Of a DNA stretch of 64,000 bases, positions 53,079-64,000 are shown one piece after another (position 1 is the stretch's first letter; each line of letters begins with the position of its first letter). The stretch lies in the NCBI GenBank assembly GCA_964016885.1, contig OZ024743.1, positions 93,992,001 through 94,056,000 on the forward strand, read 5' to 3'. A model generated the notes under the pieces. The model did not search any database. It saw nothing but the letters and a program-made list of their open reading frames with translations, and was not told where the DNA came from. The DNA is from Eledone cirrhosa (taxonomy: Eukaryota). The position numbers were made by a program, and so were the translations under genes.

Positions 53079-54629
53079 AATTATATTGTGTTGTTACATA
53101 ATTAAATAGCTCCGTACTATACATAGAGCACACTTCTTTCCTTTTCCACGGAAATACTTAACATATATATATATATATATACACCAGCATGGGAAGATGG
53201 ACGTTATATGATGATTATGTATATATAAAATCATCATTTTAACACCTACTTTTCCATGGTTTTATAAGTTGTCACAGACCAAGTCAATCCTTAATCAGAG
53301 CTACTGTCCTCCCAGACATCCCAGGAACCATGCCTTACTTAAATATGTTCCATTTTTAGCATGGTTTCTCCAGCTTTGTGCCCTTCCTATCACCAACACT
53401 TTAGAGAAGGTACTGACTGCATTTTACTGTGGAACCAACACTAAAGATATTATGTTCATGACACAACTAGAGTCCTCCCACCCTTTTGTTTAACATGATT
53501 TTTTACACTTTCCAGAGAGTAGTGGATTATGCAAATATATACTAAGTTATACTAATTTATGCAAGTTTACAAAAATTCATGCCATCTTCAGTCTATATTA
53601 ATTTATGCATGTTTATAAAAATTCAAGCAAATATTTTTCATAATTTGTTAATTAATGCACCCCCACCCTGACCAAAACACACAAACGACATCAAGGAAGA
53701 AAATATCATGTATGTGTTCAATTTATTTTTTATTTGAAAAAAAAAAAAAAAATCTTCACAGAGCTTTGAATATCATTAATGAGGTGATGAAAAATTAAGG
53801 GGAAAAAATTAGGCCCCACAGTTGACTGAGGAGTGAAAACAATTTGTTGACAATTTAATTGGAAAATTTGGCTTTTCTTCAGACATGTCCAATAGTTGTG
53901 TAAAATGAAAAAAATGGCTACAGTTGTTTGAATATTACATTATTGGAATTGAAAATCATAGAAACAGAAGCTGAAATAATTTTCAACCACCAGCCATAGA
54001 AAACCTGCCAGACAAAGGGCTGAGAGGATTCTTCTGTCGTGTCAAGGGTATGACAACTTCCCTATTGTTGGTGATTTACACGATAAATGTACCCAGTACA
54101 TAGTGGTTAGTGATAGGAAGGTCATCCAGCCATGGAAAGCTTGCCAGACAAAGGCTCAGGCGGACCCTCCAGTCACGTCAAGAGTATAACAACCTCCTTA
54201 GTGTTGGTGGTTTACACGATAAATGTACCCTGTATACGCTATAAATTTCACTGGGGCCCCTTGTGTATTCTTTATGGTAGTAAAAAAAAGTAATAAATTT
54301 GGGATTCTTTCAATAGTTGTAAAGCTCCTGGTGACAACTAAGCCAACCTCTCCTCTCTTGATTTGCAACTGCCTGGAAGTTTATTTAGAACGTTGCCAAA
54401 GTTACAGAAAATATTCGCTGCCTTTTCTCTGTATTGACTTCAATGGGACAAAATAACATTCAACATTTTATTTTATATAACTTAACATATCCAGTCAAAT
54501 GAATGTGATTTTTTAATTTTTTAAAAATTTTATTACAAAAGTAGAATTTAAAATGATCAATTAAAAAGCAATGTCATACTGTCAGCACGTTGTAACCAGA
54601 ATCCTTGAAATGTCAAAATATTACCATAT

Positions 54630-55112
54630 TACCCTTTCGATGCCAAATTACTTGAAACTGTCCCTAGCTTAACCGTTTAGCATTTACATTACTCTCTATA
54701 TGCCATTATATTTTCACGGTAAAGGCTTTGCCTCACATAATATCAAAGCTATGAGATTTTGATGTTATTTATTTTGAGAACAATACCTAAACATCGGTAT
54801 CAATGGCTGGTTGCAGCTGGTTTGAACAGAAAGAGGTGAGAGAATTCTGGTTGAATACGGCCGGTTTAAATGCTAAAGGGTTAATGCTAATTTTAGAATA
54901 TTTTATCACATTTATATTTATTTAAAAACCTCCAATGTTACTGAAAAAGTTAAAGTCTATGTTTATCTAAAAATCTTCAATCATAATTTTATCTAAGAAA
55001 TTTAAAGATATGTTCGAAACACTAGCTTAATAATGAGAATAATCCTTCTTATTTGTAAAATTATTTGAAAATCATAGTGTTTTTCATTAGAAACATGGCA
55101 ATGAAAGGGCTA
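54630..55112. mobile_element. TTAA MITE (54669-54884) nested in an older related MITE
   Basis: Outer ends TACCCTTTC...GAAAGGGCTAA, related to 56612-56835. Confidence 0.6.
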
Positions 55113-58100
55113 AATAATCACAAATTCTTTATCACTTGATTTAGAATTTGTTTAGTGTATAAAAATTGCTTGAAAATCATTGAGAGTCCAGTGAAATCTT
55201 TGAAGGTACAGACAGTAAAGCATCTGACTAAATATCTTGTAGTATATAAACGATCAACAAGATCCTAGACTTCATTCGCTTACCAAGTGGGGTGGAACTC
55301 GTCAAATCAGACAAAAAAAAACAAACAATGTTTCCATTGGTCTTACTGTTGCTGATACTATTTACTGATCGCAACCCATGGCAGAAAGAACAATGTGAAA
55401 TAAAGCATCACTTGGTTTGGGAATCGAACTTGCAAACTCACGATTGTGAATCCCAAACTAACCACTAAGCCATGTGCTACCTTCAAATCCAAGTTCAAAT
55501 CTCACCAATGTTAACTTTGACTTCCTTCCTGGGTCAGTAAAATATAACCCAGCCAAATACTAGGGTCGATTAAATCAACTACAACCCACCCTTCAAATTT
55601 TTGAATTTTGACTAAAGTTAAAGATCAGATCAATATTTATACCTATCATGTAATGTATACTATCATCAAATCATAATATACTTGTTTTTGGCTAAATCCA
55701 AAAATATTTGAAGGGCCTACAAAATTTAGCTCCGGCAATTCTTGCATCACAATCTCATATCTAACCTGGTCATTGTTCTCTTCTACTCCGATCAGCAACC
55801 AATCATTATTTAGTGGAGATTTTAATATATATCGTTCCATGTTTCTGGAATTCTTTGTTAGTCAATACAAAAGTGATAACTTGTTATATATTTTAGAATT
55901 GTACTTGACTGGCAAGTAACTTGATCTAAGACCAGGAGTTGAAACTAAAACAAATACAGCATGGATAAGTCATTTTAGCCATTTAAAAACACACAAAAAT
56001 TTAACAAACATACCATCTTCACCTCTCTCTCTCACACATACATTACAGAGAACCCAGAGTGCATTTTCATGGCACCAGAACTTGAGGGATTGCCTTGTCC
56101 TATACATACACTTTGAATTATAGATTGAATTTAGTACAATAAAGAAAGAGAGTGTCTATAGTCTTTGTATGGCAGGTTAACTATTATATCATTGTCCAAG
56201 CAGAACATGCCACTGGATGGTTTAGAAGAAAATGGAAAAATAAAAGATTAACAATTAAAAATAAAATTAAAAAAAAAACATTATCATCCATAAAACATAA
56301 GAAAATATGAAATTAAAGAAGAAATAGGAAATAAAATAATTTTTTCAACAGACTGAAATATGCCAGAAAAACTGCAAAATTCTTAAATATTTTGAAGAAT
56401 ATGTCGTTAGAATTTGAATTTAATAAATAGAAAGTTTTAAATGTTTTTATATACAAATGCCATTCACGCAGAGATAATAGTATAAATAAATGTGTAAGAA
56501 GTGTACACACAGAAACAAATATGTGCAACTGTTTACACAAATAAACATTTTGACAAATCTTGTACTATTGAGTCTTGGATGCTGATTTTATAGAATGAGA
56601 AATGAAGTATTAACCCCTCTGATAACAAACCACTTGAAACTCCCCATGATTCTATGATACAAAAGGCTGTTTGTTTTAAAGTGTTCCAAACACCAGCTTG
56701 AGAATGTTTGTTACATTACTAAATCATTAATAAATAGAAAGTTAGTTGTATTAATAACTCTCAAATTTTTTATTGTTTTAAATTATTATCATAGGTAGAG
56801 CCTTTCATTAGGAAAATGGTTATACAAGGGTTAAATAATACTGCTCACTGTTGCTAGTAAGTAGTGTAATGGAGCATTTGTTTAGTGTTACAATTAAACA
56901 ATGGTTGTGAAGCCAGGTTTCCAATTTGTGGATGTATAGAGCTATGTGTGATGATCTAAGATGAGTTATATTGTAATGTGGCTAAAATGTAATACTGGGT
57001 GTACATTGAGTAGACATACAGGGAAATTCTTTGTGTCTAAGTTGAAGAGGTTCACTGATAGGAAAGAACTTTGTGGCATTCCATTCTGTTGAACATAGAT
57101 GTGTAAAGTTTTTGTTGTTCTATATAACATACACTTGGCTTCTTGGAAAATGCTGTGTTATGATAATGAAAAGAATTAAGAAAACATTTTATCTGCCAGG
57201 AATGGGTTGGGTAACTACCAAAAACAGAGTGGTGACTTCACCCATGTCATCTGAGAGGAAGAACCCACAGCAAGCTATGGATCATCCTAAGGAGAAATAA
57301 CCCCCAGGGATTCCCAAGAAAGAGAGGGAGGAGTGTTGAGAATCCTTTTTCAGACTGACAAACAAGTATTTACACATGGCAATAAAAATAGGAATACAGA
57401 ATGTGTTTACCAAATTGCTATGTTAAGGAACATTAAAGCAGACATTGACACAAATACACACACAACAGGCTTCTGCTGTTTCCCTCTATCAAATTTCACT
57501 CACAAGGTATTGGTCAACCAGAAACATTAGTAGAAAGACCCTTGCTCAAAGTTCCAAGAAGTGGGACTGAACCTGACACCACACAGTTGCAAAGAGAACT
57601 CCTTAAGCAAATATCCATGCCCCTGCCTAATGGCTATTGTTGTGCAATAAATCAGTGCAATCACAACTAACCAGGGCCAATAACAATAACAACAACAATA
57701 ACAGCTTAACAAAAATAAATTAAAAAAATAAATGTTATAAATATTAAGATATAAATCTTCATACAGTAATGTTTAACAATGATAAGTGAGTATTTTTATA
57801 AACCACCAGGAAGGGGAACCTGCCGTAAAACATCAAGAAATACTCTATTTATGAATAGGAAGCCTTTCATGGGGCCCATAAGGCTAACCTCTGCCTTAGC
57901 AGGAGAAAATGCCCCTATAACACAAGCTGTAGCAGCTTCAGAAACTCAAAGACAACTTATACCCTTGTGTTCAGCTGATAGGAGGTGTTTTCCAGTGTTT
58001 TAATGATAGGATTCCAGTCCTATCATGAACAGCAATGCAAAATGAAACATCTTGCTCAAGAATACACTGCTCAGTCAATACATTGCTCAGTCCAGGAATC

Positions 58101-58264
58101 AAACCCATGACCTTATGATTGTGTACATATTTGTATATACACACACAAATAAAAAACATTATACAATACTAGAGGTTCCAAATATAAAAAAAAAAGTTAG
58201 CAGCAGAATGGTTAGAGTTAAAGCAGAGTAAAACATTGTTCTTATAAAACTGGAAATGTTTCTT

Positions 58265-58828
58265 CATGAGAGATCACTGTAGAGAATGGAACATGTTTGG
58301 TGACAGTGTTGTGTGAGAGATCACTGTAGAGAATGGAACATGTTTGGTGACAGTGTTGTGTTAGAGATGACATCAACTGTTTAGATGGAAACACTGCAGA
58401 GAATGAAACAATCTTGGTGACAGTGTTGTGTTAGAGGTGACATCAGCTGTTTATATGTAGGAAATGACACATGTTTGGTGACAGTATTGTGTGAGAGGTG
58501 ACATCAACTGTTTAGATGGAAACACTGCAAAGAATGAAACAATCTTGGTGACAGTGTTGTGTTAGAGGTGACATCAGCTGTTTATATGTAGGAAATGACA
58601 CATGTTTGATGACAGTGTTGTGTGAGAGGTGACATCAACTGTTTAGATGGAAACACTGCAGAGAATGAAACAATATTGGTGACAGTGTTGTGTTAGAGGT
58701 GACATCAGCTCTTTAGATGGAAATACTTGCAGAGAATGAAACAATCTTGGTGACAATGTTGTGTTAGAGGTGACATCAACTGTTTAGATGGAAATACTTA
58801 CAGAGAATGAAACATGTTTGATAACAGT
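58265..58828. repeat. ~50-60-bp minisatellite downstream of the PLEKHM stop codon
   Basis: GGTGACAGTGTTGTG(T/G)AGAGGTGACATCA(A/G)CTGTTTA recurs about 10 times. Confidence 0.9.
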
Positions 58829-59089
58829 CTCAGTCTTGTGTCAACCCTATTCCAGTTAGGGACGACCTCAGCTAACTTAGACTGTCATTTCAAGGTCAAT
58901 AAATTAACAAACAGATGAAACATTGATATAAACAGACTGAATGTAGCACAAGTTTATACTCCATCTCTTATGGTATCTTGGTATCTTACAGAGGTCCACT
59001 GTGAAAATGAAATCTACCCTTGTGAACCTATGTACTGGAATTTCTCTTTATCATTGGAGCGCCCTGAGTAACTTTCTAATCCCTGAACA

Positions 59090-59245
59090 TTACATAGTTT
59101 CCCATGGAACTATATCATAGTCAGCATCTGAGGAATTGGTCATTGAACCTACTTTCAGAATACGCTCTCGCTGTCGTTCACATTTAGGACACTGTTCTTT
59201 CTGATTCATGCAGCTCTTGTGGTAAACAGCTTTACATTGTTCACA
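59090..59245 (-). CDS. PLEKHM3: PLEKHM1/PLEKHM3-like RH-domain protein, last exon
   Basis: ttccag|TGT; CEQCKAVYHKSC...CPKCER...*; 156 nt, phase 0. Paralogue assignment is tentative. Confidence 0.9.
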   Translation of the reverse strand, partial: CEQCKAVYHKSCMNQKEQCPKCERQRERILKVGSMTNSSDADYDIVPWETM

Positions 59246-59619
59246 CTGGAATAAAATAATATTGAAACACAATTAAAAATGGTAAAACAGTAACAGTTTG
59301 CTTAGTTATTATTTTATTCTTTTACTGGTTTCTGTCGTTAGATTGTGGCTATGCTGGGCCATCACCTTAGAGATGATTATGACATCAGTATTTATTTTCT
59401 CAAGTCTGGTTCCAATTCTATCAATATCTTTTTGTCAAATCCTTAAGTTACGGGACATAAACACAGACATAGATAGGCACACATACATTTTAAAGATCAG
59501 ATCAATATTTATACCTATCATGTAATGTATACTATCATCAAATCATAATACACTTGTATTTAACCCTTTAGCATTCAAACCGGCCATATCCGGCCATAAT
59601 TTTCTCACCTCTTTCTCTT

Positions 59620-60063
59620 CAAACTTATCTATGGTCATGAATCTTGGGTAATGACCAAAAGAATATGATTGCGAATATAAGCAGAAAAAATGGGGTTCCT
59701 CCGAAAGGTCTTTGGAGTAACGTTACTAGATAGAGTGCATAGCTAGGAGATCAGAGAGTTCCTCCAGGTAGAGCTGCTACTTCTCCAAATTGTGGGATCA
59801 CAGCTCTGATACTATGGACATGTGGTTAGAATGTCTCAGGAAAGAATCGCTGTACAGATTTTATGAGCAAAACCAACTGACAGATGACCCAAGGGTAGAC
59901 CCCAATCAAGATGGTTGGATAACATCCATGAACTCAGCTGGTCTCACTCGTGGATCAAACCAGATCAGTGGGAGATGGTTGCTCCTGACAGGACCTGTGG
60001 GAAGGAGTGCTTGAGGACTCTTCCTCAACGACCCTCTCAGGAATAAGTGAGCAAAGAAGAAGA
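59620..60063 (+). mobile_element. Degenerate RTE 3' fragment (third family)
   Basis: YGHESWVMTKR...GFLRKV.GVTLLDRV...YGHVVRM; (AAG)n tail. Confidence 0.75.
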
Positions 60064-60273
60064 GCTGTTATAAATAGGTACATAATGGCTGTGTGGCTAA
60101 GGAGTTTGCTACACAACCATTACACAGTACCTTATACCAGTGTTGTCTACTATAGTCTCCAGACCACACTTTTAAACAAACATTATTTCAATCATAGAAT
60201 GAAGGGTGGTTTCAGATGCTTTAGTATCAAAAGGTTTTAAATGTTGTGGGTCATTGTTGTGGTTGCTACTTAC

Positions 60274-60444
60274 TCGGTATGTTGTGTCCATTTCAAAAGG
60301 ATAGATGACTTGAGCATTCTTGCAAATTTCACAGATGAAGCCCTTCTGGCTACAAAGACCACATTCATAGACATGTTTGCTGGCTGTTTTCAGTTGTTTC
60401 TTTAGCCACACCTGTAGCTGACCACACTGAATATGGAGAAAATC
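60274..60444 (-). CDS. PLEKHM3: PLEKHM1/3-like exon
   Basis: ttttag|GAT...CGA|gtaagt; HVYECGLCSQKGFICEIC...IYPFE Rubicon-homology zinc motif. Confidence 0.93.
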
Positions 60445-60482
60445 CTAAAAAATCAAGTTTGATAAAATATTATTATTTTAGT

Positions 60483-61925
60483 GTACAGGAGAGAAGACTG
60501 TGTTGGTTTGGACATGTGCATGGAAAAAAAAACTTTGGGTGAAGAAGTGCCAGGAAATTCCAGTGGAAGGAAGTTGCAGTAGAGGCAGACCAAAAAAGAC
60601 CTGGGCAGAGATTGTGAGAGCTGACCTCAAATCACTGAGACTTACAGAGGTGATGACAAAGGATCGCTCTGTGTGGAGAGATGCTGTACTGAGGACCCGT
60701 CCAACTCATGCAAGAATGGAAAAGCGGACATAAAAATGATGATGATGATTTTTAAAGCTGCCGATAATTTGTCATCTTTGAAACTATTTGGCAGCAACAT
60801 AAATGTGATAGTGATGGTGATGGATACAACCCAATCCTTACAAAACAGTTTCTACAATTCTTCCTTTCCCTAACTAAATACTCTCTAGAACTCCCTCTTT
60901 ATCCATATTTTTCCCCAAAGGAGTTGCAACCAGTAGATAGTATCCCTAATTAACCTAAACATCAATCAACTGCATTAACCTAATTAGTTTTAGGGTGCCT
61001 ACAAATCCACCTCCACTGCTAGTTAGGTCATTTAGATAATAGAAGTTATCAATTAGTTCTACAGAGCCTTCCAGGTATTTGAAAGAATTCAGTTTATATA
61101 AGAGGGATCAGATGCTGTTTACTCGAGAGAAGACTACGTTGGTATGGTCACGTGATGCGCATGAAAGACACAGCTGTATAAAAAAGTGCAGGGCGATCAA
61201 AATTGACGGAAGTTATCCTGGGACGATTTGATAAATTCCGACCTTACACACTTACACCTCTGTAGGTGTCACGACAAAAAAACACAGTTCACGCTGTAAT
61301 GTGGCCGTGTAGGTAACACGGTAAAAACCTTCCAGTCCACACTGTAAACGTGGTTGGTGTTAGGAAGGGCATCCAGCCGTAGAAAACCCGCCAGACAGTC
61401 CTATACGAGCGAGACGATCAACCTTGCCTCAAGTGGGACAATTCCCATCTAAACTCCTGCTAACGTGGAAGATAGATGTTAAACGATGATGATGATGATG
61501 ATGAATTGTTCTTATTGCTGTTGAGAGGGATGATGGAAATGAATGTAGAAGGAAATAGAGGAATGGCTAGACCGGGAAAGACATGACAAACAATAATGGA
61601 GAAGGAAATGAAAACCAGTGCTGATGATAGGGGGAAAATGGAAAAGCTTGTCATGAGACCTGCAATGCTAACTATTGCTTTAGCAGGGAAAATGACCTTA
61701 AAATGCTTGTTGATCTTGCTAACTAATCCCTCATCATCACTGTTTAATGTCCATTTTTCTCACTAGCATGGGTTAGAGTTGTCGGATGACTGTGCTTTGC
61801 TCATACAGAACTGATTTTGGCTTGGTTTCTACAGCTGGGTGCCATTCCTAACACCAACCACATTTACAGTGTGTACTGGTTGCTTTTTGTCATTACTCCT
61901 TCATCACCACTTTACAGTGTGGGCT
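60483..61925. mobile_element. Several short RTE 3' fragments in both orientations
   Basis: + fragments at 60483-60750 and 61120-61503; - UTR fragment at 61733-61925. Confidence 0.75.
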
Positions 61926-61939
61926 ATATATGTAATTAT

Positions 61940-63096
61940 GCTAAGGTCCTTATAAGTAGACGAGAAAACAGAACCCAGATCCCCTCAGGGAAATGGCCTT
62001 GCTCAGTATGTAGGAAAGGTGTAGGTAGGAACTCCATTCTTTGCTCCAAATGCAAACAATGGGTACACAAGAGATGTAGCGGGATCTCAGGAAGCTTAAT
62101 TAAGAATGTAGGATTCACATGCAGCAGCTGTGCTGAAACAGCAAGCAAACAGCCACAGGAAACAAGTACCACCAATCTCTGGGAGGGCCCTGTAGAAACA
62201 GTAGACAGCTTCTGCTACCTAGGTGACCGAATTAGCAACGGAGGTGGGTGCTCAGAAAGTACAATAACTAGGGTAAGAACGGGATGGAAGAAGTTTAGGG
62301 AACTACTACCACTGCTAGCTGCAAAAGGCTTCTCCCTCAGAATGAAAGGCAGACTGTATGATGCGTGTATCCGAACAGCGATGTTGCATGGTAGTGAGAC
62401 CTGGGCGCTGAAGGTGGAAGACTTACGTAGATTAGAGAGAAACGAAGCCTGCATGCTCCGATGGATGTGTAACAGTAATATACGTGAACGACAAAGCATA
62501 AATGAATTGAGAGAGAGACTGAGCATAAGAGGAATCAAATGCTGCGTGCAGGAGAGGCGGTTACGCTGGTATGGACATGTGATGCGTATGAAGGATGACA
62601 GCTGCATAAAAAGGTGCAGAGCACTAGAAGTTGATGGAAACCGCGGAGTGGGGAGACCCAAGATGACTTGGGATGAGGTGATAAAAGCCGACCTTACCCA
62701 ACTACACCTCTCAAAGTCAATGACACACGACCGTGACTTCTGGCGTCACGCAGTAATACAGGGTACCCGACCTCCCATGGGTACATGCTGAAGCATATAA
62801 ACAATATGCCCCCCCCCCCCCCCCACCGCAAGGTGGTCGTGGAGGTGCCACGGCAAAAAAGCACCCAGCCCACACTGTAAAGTGGACGTGTAGGCGCCAC
62901 GAAAAAGCACCCAGCACTCACTGTAAATGAGGTTGGTGTTAGGAAGGGCATCCAGCTGTAGAAATCAAGCCAGATCAGTTCCTGTATGAGCAAGGCATGG
63001 TCAGCCGACCAGACACTGCCCACAACAGGACAACCCGTCTAACCCATGCTAGCGTGGAAGAACGGACGTAAAACGGTGATGATGATGATGATGATG
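61940..63096 (+). mobile_element. RTE-clade LINE 3' portion with an intact ORF end (PHD-like finger)
   Basis: CSVC...CSKC..WVHKRC...CSSC, FCYLGD, LRWYGHVMRM; 3' UTR and (GAT)n tail. Confidence 0.95.
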
Positions 63097-63134
63097 CTAA
63101 TTAAAGTATGTAACCATAGCAACAGAATACTTAC

Positions 63135-63266
63135 TATTAATGAATATAAGTGAACATCTTCATATAAGTACTCTTTTGGCCAAAATGACTGACGAAACTT
63201 TTCAGCTTCACTTTTCTTACAAGTGAAGAGGTAAGAACTAAGATGAGACAACCGGATACGAAGTAG
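63135..63266 (-). CDS. PLEKHM3: PLEKHM1/3-like exon
   Basis: ttccag|CTA...ATA|gtaagt; LLRIRLSHLSSYLFTC...PKEYLYEDVHLYSLI. Confidence 0.92.
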
Positions 63267-63459
63267 CTGGAAATAGAAGAAAGAACTGTTTAGAAAAGTA
63301 CACTGACCACTGGTTAACCCTTTCCTTACATTATTTTTAATGAAAGACACTGCCTATAATTTCCAAATAATTTTGAAAATAATACAAAATTTGGAGAGAT
63401 TTAGTAATATAATTAATGTTTTAATTAAGGTCATGTTTATAGCATTATGATACAATGAC

Positions 63460-63602
63460 GCATAGAGTTACGGCCCTTGCCATTCTGAGTTCAAATCCCG
63501 CCGAGGTTAACTTTGCCTTTCATCCTTACGGGGTCGATAAAATAAAGTACCAGTAATGCACTGGGTATTTGCTGGCCTTGTGCCAAAAGTAGAAACAATT
63601 AT
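63460..63602 (+). mobile_element. tRNA SINE, 5'-truncated
   Basis: B-box and conserved core; ATTATGATACAAT duplicated on both sides. Confidence 0.8.
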
Positions 63603-63826
63603 GATACAATACCATTGACATTAAGTAAAATATGACAATTTTTTCAAATTTTTCTATAGCAGTCTTTTGTTTCCTCTAAAGAATTTCCTCTCACATACAT
63701 TCAAAGATGACACCACACACACACACACACACACACACAAAGAGCTATTTTGACCATGAAAGAACATACAAAAACTAGGCTATGAGCAGCAATAGAGAGT
63801 CTCAAACCATATCTCTTCTGCCTCAC

Positions 63827-63939
63827 CTTTACATCTCTCATATCAGAAATGTAGTTATACAATTCAGGATTAACCTTTCCAATGTCAATCAATGGATATT
63901 CTTGGATTTCCTTCAGGAATTCCAAATTCTTTACAGAGA
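63827..63939 (-). CDS. PLEKHM3: PLEKHM1/3-like exon (gene continues beyond the window)
   Basis: tttcag|TC...AAG|gtgagg; FLKEIQEYPLIDIGKVNPELY. Confidence 0.9.
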
Positions 63940-64000
63940 CTGAAAGAAAAAAAATAAAGTGTTGTTATTTGTTCAAACAATTTAGACTGGTGTAGATAGC

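Larger units (their letters stand above)
49728..53100 (+). mobile_element. Penelope-like element with inverted terminal copy, interrupted by a LINE
   Basis: 49730-49965 is the reverse complement of 52862-53095; GIY-YIG C-terminal remnant at 50115-50270 is homologous to 25300-25440. Confidence 0.72.

Noticed and set aside
61817-62791. Host PHD-finger gene (324 aa)
   Set aside because: It is the 3' part of an RTE LINE fused by chance to an inverted UTR fragment, antisense within an intron.

Overview
AT-rich animal genomic DNA. The SINE/RTE/microsatellite landscape suggests a cephalopod such as Octopus, but this is inference. 1-18.9 kb is a pure 35-bp G-rich satellite. Two spliced host genes lie on the minus strand: a carbohydrate sulfotransferase (Sulfotransfer_2/CHST-like; exons 30091-30122, 27587-28366, 18987-19325) and the last four exons of a Rubicon-homology-domain PLEKHM1/3-like gene (59090-63939). 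The rest is nested mobile DNA: a chimeric Helitron cluster (RepHel pseudogene between inverted 5' ends, head-to-tail junction, ~150-bp palindrome) inside the sulfotransferase intron, Penelope-like GIY-YIG remnants, RTE LINEs (one family with a PHD-like finger), a Tc1/mariner transposase, a Gypsy element with a tRNA-Trp PBS and an inserted solo LTR, tRNA SINEs and TTAA MITEs. The least obvious signal is a set of at least five minimal type-I hammerhead-ribozyme-like motifs, mostly at Penelope-like 3' ends. All calls come from reading the sequence; no searches were run.
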